Source: an uncultured Mycoplasmatota bacterium
GTDB taxonomy: Bacteria > Bacillota_I > Bacilli_A > RF39 > UBA660
Assembly: GCA_900546055.1 (NCBI GenBank)
Contig: URBG01000004.1
Span: 1-54,198, forward strand
Direction: 5' to 3'
Length of the DNA stretch: 54,198 bases
The notes below the pieces were generated by a model. It was given only the letters and a program-made list of their open reading frames with translations. It had not been told where the DNA came from and ran no database searches. Both the position numbers and the translations under genes were made by a program. Below, piece by piece: positions 48,571 through 54,198 of the stretch (the first letter of the stretch is position 1; each line of letters starts with the position of its first letter).

Positions 48571-48597
48571 AAAAAAAGAAAGCTATTTTAGCTTTCT
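48571..48597 (-). terminator. rho-independent terminator
   Basis: AGAAAGC-N7-GCTTTCT stem with a T-run in minus sense, after the stop at 48605. Confidence 0.7.
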
Positions 48598-48604
48598 TTT
48601 GTTA

Positions 48605-50176
48605 TTACATAACTGTTAGTATGCAGCAAACTAATAAAACAATTAGTAGAACTGCTAAAGCGAATTTCCAAATGTATTTGAACCATTGTTTCCAAGATAC
48701 ATCGAAATAACTAAGACCAGCAATTAGAATAACACTTGTTGGGAATATGATCATTCCTAATCCATAAATTGATTGTACTAATAAACCTGCAATTGTTAAT
48801 GAACCAGCATCGAAGCTAGTTAAGTATGCAGCCATACTAGATAATAAATAATATAGATCATTGTAGAAGAAACTTCCATAGAATGCAGTAAGTCCAGTAG
48901 TTAAAACATTGAAGCCATCTGACATACCCATTGTTGCATTGAACATTGTATCAGTTATAGTTCCAGTACCACTATATGAAGCTTGATATAACACTGTTAA
49001 AATTAAGCTTGCTAAAGCGGCATAGATAGCAGTTGGTAACATTTTCTTAACACCTGCTATAAAGCTTTCAACGAATTGTCCTACTTTTAATTTGTAAATA
49101 AATGCGATTATAACAGCAGCGAATACCATCATAATGATGAATTCAACGTTACCCCAATAACCGATTTGACTAATGCCACTTAATAAGTGTTCAAAGATTG
49201 GGAAATCACCTATTTTAACGCTCATAATACTAGTATGAATGTCGTTAAATACATTGATTCCAAATGCATAATACCAGTTATACATACCAACCATAGTAAT
49301 TACAAGCATTAATACAAAGATAATTACTAATGGGATGATACTAACGCTTTTAGCATCTTTAACCTTTTTAACATCTTTGGCAACAGCCATGTTTTGTGTT
49401 GTCTTCTTGGTTGTCGTTTTTTTAGTTTTGTTTGCCTGTTTTTTAGCAGCCGGCTTTTTAGCTGGTGCTTTTTTAGCCTGACTTGTTTCTTTTTTAGCAG
49501 GCGCTTTAACTTCTTTCTTTTCCTCTTTTTCTACTTTTGCTTCTTTCCTAGGTGCAGCTACTTTGGCAGCCTTTCTATCCTGAAATTTCAAAACGAAGAA
49601 AATTAAGGCAGCTGTAAGAAGTACTAATAATACTACTTTAGCCCAGATTTCATTGTTCATGTCTAAAGTTAAAATGTTTTTAGTATATCCTGTTATATTG
49701 AAACCATATGTTGAACATACAGAACCAATTAACATTGCTCCTACAGTTGATGCCATAGCGGTAACTTTGTCATAATTCATTGCGAATAAAATCATGGCAA
49801 ATAATGGTACCAAGACAAATAATGGTAATACTAACCCAGTTACTGATGAAAGAACAACAAAGAAGATAATTGTAAAGATTAAGAATCCTTTTTCTTTACC
49901 ACTAAATTTCTTGTTTATTTTTTCAACCCAACTTGTTAATGCTCCTGTTTTTTCCATTACTCCATATAATCCGCCTATACATGCAAATACTGCAATATAT
50001 AAAGCAAATGTAAGTAAAGTTGAAACTGGAACATTTACTAAATCAAACAAACCAACAGCATCAACACTACCCTTGGTGAATTCACCATTAGAATAAGTGC
50101 CGACTGGAATTATCCAACTAAGAACGACAAAAATTAAGAAAGATATTCCAATTGCTTTAAGTAAATTCCTTTTCAC
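48605..50176 (-). CDS. YfcC/DcuC-superfamily transporter with a Lys/Ala/Pro-rich insertion
   Basis: The N-terminal ..SWIIPVGTYSNGEF.. and polytopic pattern are typical of YfcC. The central loop carries KAPAKK/AKKPAAKK repeats. GTG start behind RBS GGGAGG. Confidence 0.65.
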   Translation of the reverse strand: MKRNLLKAIGISFLIFVVLSWIIPVGTYSNGEFTKGSVDAVGLFDLVNVPVSTLLTFALYIAVFACIGGLYGVMEKTGALTSWVEKINKKFSGKEKGFLIFTIIFFVVLSSVTGLVLPLFVLVPLFAMILFAMNYDKVTAMASTVGAMLIGSVCSTYGFNITGYTKNILTLDMNNEIWAKVVLLVLLTAALIFFVLKFQDRKAAKVAAPRKEAKVEKEEKKEVKAPAKKETSQAKKAPAKKPAAKKQANKTKKTTTKKTTQNMAVAKDVKKVKDAKSVSIIPLVIIFVLMLVITMVGMYNWYYAFGINVFNDIHTSIMSVKIGDFPIFEHLLSGISQIGYWGNVEFIIMMVFAAVIIAFIYKLKVGQFVESFIAGVKKMLPTAIYAALASLILTVLYQASYSGTGTITDTMFNATMGMSDGFNVLTTGLTAFYGSFFYNDLYYLLSSMAAYLTSFDAGSLTIAGLLVQSIYGLGMIIFPTSVILIAGLSYFDVSWKQWFKYIWKFALAVLLIVLLVCCILTVM

Positions 50177-50407
50177 TTTTTTCTACCTCCCATGGTAATT
50201 ATATCAAAGTTTCCTTATAATATAAAGTTTTTTTGTGAAAAAATTCCATTTTTCATAACATTTTCACACAAAATCAAACTAGAAAACTTTTTGTTTTAAA
50301 GCTTTCCTTATAATAAGGATATGCACTTTAAAAATATATTTTTAATCTTTTAAGAAATTTGAATGAGTTTTATGGTAAAATAGTTTATAGCTTAAGGAGG
50401 AATTTTT

Positions 50408-51346
50408 ATGAATGGATTTCCTTATTCAGATACTAATAAAAGATATCATACTTTAGATTATTTTTATAAACATAAATTTGACTCTAAGGTTTTTAAAGTT
50501 AGCTTAAATGCGGGATTTACCTGTCCGAATATCGATGGTAAAGTTGGGCATATGGGATGCATTTATTGTTCTAAAACTGGTAGCGGAGAATATGCCGGAA
50601 AGCCTACCGATGACTTACTAAAACAGTTTGAGGAGGTTAAAACCATGATGCATAGAAAATGGCCAAAGGCTAAATATATCGGATACTTTCAAGCGCGAAC
50701 TAATACTTATGCCCCACTTTCGGTTTTAAAAGAAAAATACGAAACTATTTTGAAATTAGATAACGTCGTGGGCTTGGCGATTGCAACAAGGCCAGATGCG
50801 ATTGATAAAGATTGCTTAGATTATTTAGAGGAACTTAACAAAAAGACTTTTTTAACCATCGAACTTGGATTGCAAACAATACATGAAAAAACTACTAGAT
50901 TAATTAATCGATGTCATGATTTAGAATGTTTTGATAATATGGTTAAGGAATTACAGAAAAGGAATATTTTTGTCGTTGCACATATTATTAATGGACTTCC
51001 TTATGAAACTAAAGAGATGATGATTGAAACCGTTAGGCACTTAAGCAAAATTGGAATTGATGGAATCAAAATTCACATGCTTGGCATACTTAAAGAAACA
51101 CCTCTTGAAAAATTATATTTAAAGAAACCTTTTAGTCTTCTTTCTGAAGCAGAATATGTAAACATAGTTTGTGATCAACTTGAACATTTAAATTCTAAAA
51201 TAGTAATTGAACGACTAACTGGTGATCCAATGGCTTCTGACTTGGTTGCGCCTACTTGGTTAACTAAAAAAGTTAGCGTTCTTAATGATATTGATAAGGA
51301 AATGGTAAAAAGGAATTCTTATCAAGGTAAAAAGGTAGATAATTAA
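50408..51346 (+). CDS. TIGR01212-family radical SAM protein (YtqA-like)
   Basis: CPNxDGxxGxxGCxYC cluster motif near the N-terminus (FTCPNIDGKVGHMGCIYCS). 312 aa; RBS AAGGAGG. Confidence 0.85.
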   Translation: MNGFPYSDTNKRYHTLDYFYKHKFDSKVFKVSLNAGFTCPNIDGKVGHMGCIYCSKTGSGEYAGKPTDDLLKQFEEVKTMMHRKWPKAKYIGYFQARTNTYAPLSVLKEKYETILKLDNVVGLAIATRPDAIDKDCLDYLEELNKKTFLTIELGLQTIHEKTTRLINRCHDLECFDNMVKELQKRNIFVVAHIINGLPYETKEMMIETVRHLSKIGIDGIKIHMLGILKETPLEKLYLKKPFSLLSEAEYVNIVCDQLEHLNSKIVIERLTGDPMASDLVAPTWLTKKVSVLNDIDKEMVKRNSYQGKKVDN

Positions 51347-51354
51347 TCTACCTT

Positions 51355-52461
51355 TTAAAATTTCGCTTTATATAAAAATCCTTTACTATTTGCTTTAATA
51401 AAGTAGCCGTTGTAACTAGCTTTTACTAATTCGTAGTTAGGAGCATTTTGCTTTTTAAGTCGTTTTAGTTTGCGTTTAACACGTTTTTTTGTTTGATTAT
51501 TTATAAGCGTAATTAATCTTTTATCATTTAATTTAAATTTATAACCTAAGAAGTTCATGCCTTTGTCTAAGTCATAAATTTGGGTTTTCTTATTTAAGGT
51601 TAATTTAACTTTGTCCAATTCTATTTTGATTTTTTCAAGACATTCTTTTAGATATTCTTTATCGTGATGAAATAAAATGAAATCATCCATATATCTGACG
51701 TAATGCTTTATTTTTAGTTGCTCTTTTACATAATGATCTAAATGATTTAAATAGTAGATTGCTAAAATCTGGCTGGTTTCATTACCAATTGGTAGGCCTT
51801 TACCCTTAATATAATGTGGTAATGATTTCAATTGTTTTATTTTATTTTCTAAATCGGGAGCTTTAATTTCCTTTAATCTATTTATTTCTTTATTAATCAT
51901 TCGGTCGATGTGAATATTTATATATTCTTCATCAGTACTATGAACAATATTAGAAATTAAACTTAATATTTCGGGATCGTCTATATCTTTATTTAATTTT
52001 TCTAAAAGTATTTCATGATTTATATTATAAAAATATTTACTGATATCACATTTTAGGGCATATACTTTATCGTGATTTTGTTTGAGTGTATTTATATATT
52101 TTTTTGTATAGTAAATACCGGCTTTTGTTCCTTTGTCCTTTCTGGTGGCTACATTCATTTCAATGAGCTTAGGGGTTAAAACTGGAAGTAAAATATATTT
52201 GCTAACAAGATGATTTACGATTTTATCATACATGATTTCACTCATAATAATACGATATTTAGGCTTGGAAATTAGAAAAAGATTATAGCGATGATGAAAA
52301 TATTTTCTTTCATTTAAGGTATCAAATACTTTTACAACATTACAAGAAAAAGCTAGTTCAAAACGAACCAGCTTTTCTTTATGGCAGGTGTTTGAACGGA
52401 TATTTCTATACACTTCAATTATTTTATCAATTGATAAAATATCATCATAACATACTGCCAT
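51355..52461 (-). CDS. DGR-type reverse transcriptase
   Basis: RT motifs: RIIMSEIMYDKIVNHLV (1), ATRKDKGT (2a), LKCDISKYFYNINH (3), PIGNETSQ (4, the [I/L]GxxxSQ form characteristic of DGR RTs) and YMDDF (5). The start ATG shares 1 nt with the upstream stop (TAATG). Confidence 0.85.
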   Translation of the reverse strand: MAVCYDDILSIDKIIEVYRNIRSNTCHKEKLVRFELAFSCNVVKVFDTLNERKYFHHRYNLFLISKPKYRIIMSEIMYDKIVNHLVSKYILLPVLTPKLIEMNVATRKDKGTKAGIYYTKKYINTLKQNHDKVYALKCDISKYFYNINHEILLEKLNKDIDDPEILSLISNIVHSTDEEYINIHIDRMINKEINRLKEIKAPDLENKIKQLKSLPHYIKGKGLPIGNETSQILAIYYLNHLDHYVKEQLKIKHYVRYMDDFILFHHDKEYLKECLEKIKIELDKVKLTLNKKTQIYDLDKGMNFLGYKFKLNDKRLITLINNQTKKRVKRKLKRLKKQNAPNYELVKASYNGYFIKANSKGFLYKAKF

Positions 52462-53114
52462 TATTTACTACCAATACTATTTAAATAATAATTACCATTT
52501 TCTAAAACATAATTATATACTTGAATAGTACCTTTGTCTAAAATTTTATTAATATTATTTTTATCATAATCCCCTATTTCATTATTCTTTAAATCATAAA
52601 CTTTATTATTTTTAATATAAGCTACGGCGACATCAACTTCCAAAGTCTCATCTTTACTACTATATCCATAAAGTTTTGAAACATATTTTTGACTAGAACA
52701 CTTCTTTTTTTCTCTTGTTATTGTATCCCCATTTAAACTATAACTATATCCATCATATATATAGTTTTTAAACTCTTTAGGCCAAAGATCTTGTTGAAAA
52801 ACTTTACTAGCTGAAACTTGATATTCTTTTAATTCAATACTATCTTTTAAAACTTTATCTTTTTTCATTTGATTAAATATTAAGTAAAGTATAGATTCCG
52901 TGGTCATCTCATTTACGTTAGTATCTTTATCATAACTAACAAGCTCTGTACAATCATTAACTTTAACAGTCTTATAGATAGACTCAACTGTCTCATGTTT
53001 AACTGTTTGTTTTTCAATTTGTACAGGTTCATTTTTCTTAATAAAGAAAACGTAAATAAGAAAAGCAATGATAATAAGGCTAAGGGAAATTATTATTACT
53101 TTCTTTTTATTCAT
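52461..53114 (-). CDS. membrane-anchored protein of unknown function embedded in the DGR operon
   Basis: MNKKKVIIISLSLIIIAFLIYVFFI signal-anchor, then a Lys/Tyr/Asn-rich domain of about 185 aa. RBS GAGAGAGG; the ATG at 53114 overlaps the avd stop by 8 nt. Confidence 0.7.
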   Translation of the reverse strand: MNKKKVIIISLSLIIIAFLIYVFFIKKNEPVQIEKQTVKHETVESIYKTVKVNDCTELVSYDKDTNVNEMTTESILYLIFNQMKKDKVLKDSIELKEYQVSASKVFQQDLWPKEFKNYIYDGYSYSLNGDTITREKKKCSSQKYVSKLYGYSSKDETLEVDVAVAYIKNNKVYDLKNNEIGDYDKNNINKILDKGTIQVYNYVLENGNYYLNSIGSK

Positions 53115-53460
53115 TGGCAACTACCTCTCTCTTTTTTAAACCATAAACCATCTTTTTGATTTCTGTTATAAAACGACTAACAACTTCAAACTGATGTTTA
53201 CTGATAATCTTTTTGTCATAAGAAACTCGTACATAGAAATCTAGCATTGATAAATTGATGAGTAAATCTTTAATGTTTTTATCTTTAATACGAGTACTCT
53301 CATTGATGTTATAAGCAAATATATTTTCGATAACTTCATAACAAGTCTTTTCAATATTTTGTTTTAATACAACTTCTTTTTTAGGAAAGTTTGGAAGAAT
53401 TTTATTAATATAGTTAATGGTTTTGTAAGAATTATTTAATACTTTAAAATTATAATTCAT
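53107..53460 (-). CDS. Avd-like accessory variability determinant (four-helix-bundle, 23S rRNA IVS protein family)
   Basis: About 117 aa. The ..ILPNFPKKEVVLKQNIEKTCYEVIENI...LSMLDFYVRVS...ISKHQFEVVSRFITEIKKMVYGL pattern matches the TIGR02436/Avd family. It overlaps the upstream gene by 11 nt. Confidence 0.75.
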   Translation of the reverse strand: MNYNFKVLNNSYKTINYINKILPNFPKKEVVLKQNIEKTCYEVIENIFAYNINESTRIKDKNIKDLLINLSMLDFYVRVSYDKKIISKHQFEVVSRFITEIKKMVYGLKKREVVANE

Positions 53461-53845
53461 CAATTAACTTCCTTATCTTTTCGTAATTAGCAAAATCTTC
53501 ACTTACTTTTTCTTTTATTTTCATCACAAGACTTCCACACATATTAGTAACAATCAAATCTTCATTGGCTTTTTGTAATAAAACATAATATTTACTATCC
53601 TCGCTAATATATTTAAACTCGTCATCGACAATATAACTTATGTCATTTTCTTCTAATTTTTTGAGAATGGTTGGTAAAGAAGTATCAGGGAAACCTACTT
53701 TATTATTTATTTTTTTATATTTAAATAAATAACTTAAGAGCAAGGCATCATTATCAAAGGTGACATAGAATTTACCACTTTTGGTCAATACTACTGCATC
53801 CATAAAATTGGATTTTAAATCGGTATAAATATCATATAGTTTCAT
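53450..53845 (-). CDS. MutS-domain-I-like small protein (MSL-type DGR accessory protein)
   Basis: LYDIYTDLKSNFMDAVVLTKSGKFYVTFDNDALLLSYLF...VGFPDTSLPTILKKLEENDISYIV aligns by eye with E. coli MutS domain I as I recall it (MMQQYLRLK..ILLFYRMGDFYELFYDDA...[24 protein letters not shown]). ATG at 53845 behind RBS GGAGGG. Confidence 0.65.
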   Translation of the reverse strand: MKLYDIYTDLKSNFMDAVVLTKSGKFYVTFDNDALLLSYLFKYKKINNKVGFPDTSLPTILKKLEENDISYIVDDEFKYISEDSKYYVLLQKANEDLIVTNMCGSLVMKIKEKVSEDFANYEKIRKLIDEL

Positions 53846-54071
53846 ATGGCCCTCCAAATATTTAATAGTAAGGAACACTTAAGTATTCCTTACTAAATAA
53901 TATAGCAATAGTTACATAAACAAAGTTATATAACGTCTATATCTTATATTTAGCTTATTAGCAAGGGACTAACCTTGTTTCCAATCTAGCAAATGATTAT
54001 TGCGTTAGCAATTACTTCCTCTCGTTATTAGCCATAGCCGCGTAACTTCTCGGTTCATTAGTAAATGATCA
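53846..54071 (-). other. non-coding spacer between the DGR repeat and the first accessory gene; contains a 28-nt near-perfect palindrome (53867..53894)
   Basis: No credible ORF on either strand. AGTAAGGAA-CACTTAAGTA-TTCCTTACT is a 9-bp stem, with inner ACTT/AAGT. A second small hairpin ATTGC-GTTA-GCAAT lies at 53999..54012. Confidence 0.5.
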
Positions 54072-54198
54072 CTAATTGTAGTAGGAAATTGGGCGGACGC
54101 CGTAGCCATTGTTCACACCAGTGTTCGTAAGCTCGCCTGCGTTGTTGACGATGAACTCGTTAGCGTTGGAATTGTTGTTGAAGAGGGACGGCGACAGA
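54072..54198 (-). repeat. DGR repeat unit, probably the template repeat (TR), less likely a VR at the 3' end of a target gene; truncated by the window end
   Basis: Abrupt composition shift: my hand count is about 55% GC for 54091..54198, against an AT-rich surrounding. The minus-sense frame reads LSPSLFNNNSNANEFIVNNAGELTNTGVNNGYGVRPISYYN-stop, with 9 AAC/AAT codons. Orientation matches the RT. Confidence 0.6.

Larger units (their letters stand above)
51355..54198 (-). mobile_element. diversity-generating retroelement (DGR) cassette, incomplete at the window edge
   Basis: AAC-rich GC-rich repeat, non-coding spacer, MutS-domain-I-like gene, avd-like gene, membrane-protein gene and DGR-type RT, all on the minus strand. 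The last four are translationally coupled. Confidence 0.8.

Noticed and set aside
51355-52461. The RT as a retron, group II intron or Abi/UG defence RT
   Set aside because: Motif 4 reads GNETSQ rather than the xGxxxSP form. There is no maturase/X or endonuclease domain or intron RNA structure around it, and no msr/msd-like inverted repeats immediately upstream. It is coupled to an Avd-like gene and an AAC-rich repeat. An Abi/UG affiliation cannot be fully excluded without a phylogeny.
52461-53114. A template repeat hidden inside the avd-RT interval
   Set aside because: The interval is fully occupied by an AT-rich ORF with its own RBS and start/stop overlaps. It has no GC-rich or AAC-rich stretch and no resemblance to 54091..54198.

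Overview
Low-GC (about 30% by eye) Firmicute-type chromosomal segment, with almost every gene on the minus strand. From left to right it holds the following. (1) A cluster of 8 minus-strand tRNA genes; the first is cut by the window edge. (2) A small spore-coat neighbourhood with CotS-like and CotY/CotZ-like genes. (3) Housekeeping genes: trpS, secA, hpf, murE, asnB, clpC, a MurJ/SpoVB-type flippase and a P-type Ca-ATPase. (4) An agr-type quorum-sensing locus: agrB, a 39-aa agrD that is absent from the ORF track, and a convergent LytTR regulator and AgrC-like kinase. It sits next to a module of a secreted protein, two permeases and an ABC ATPase. (5) A TetR plus YhgE/Pip pair with a clear promoter and operator. 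(6) Several cell-wall hydrolase paralogue pairs. (7) At the right edge, the most interesting element: a diversity-generating retroelement (DGR). It comprises a reverse transcriptase with the IGxxxSQ signature, an Avd-like four-helix-bundle protein, a stand-alone MutS-domain-I-like protein, and an uncharacterised membrane-anchored protein inserted between avd and RT. These four genes are translationally coupled. They are preceded by about 190 nt of non-coding sequence and by a GC-rich, AAC-codon-rich repeat (probable template repeat) that runs off the window end. The cognate variable repeat and target gene are not in this window. No CRISPR array, rRNA gene or intact IS element was seen.
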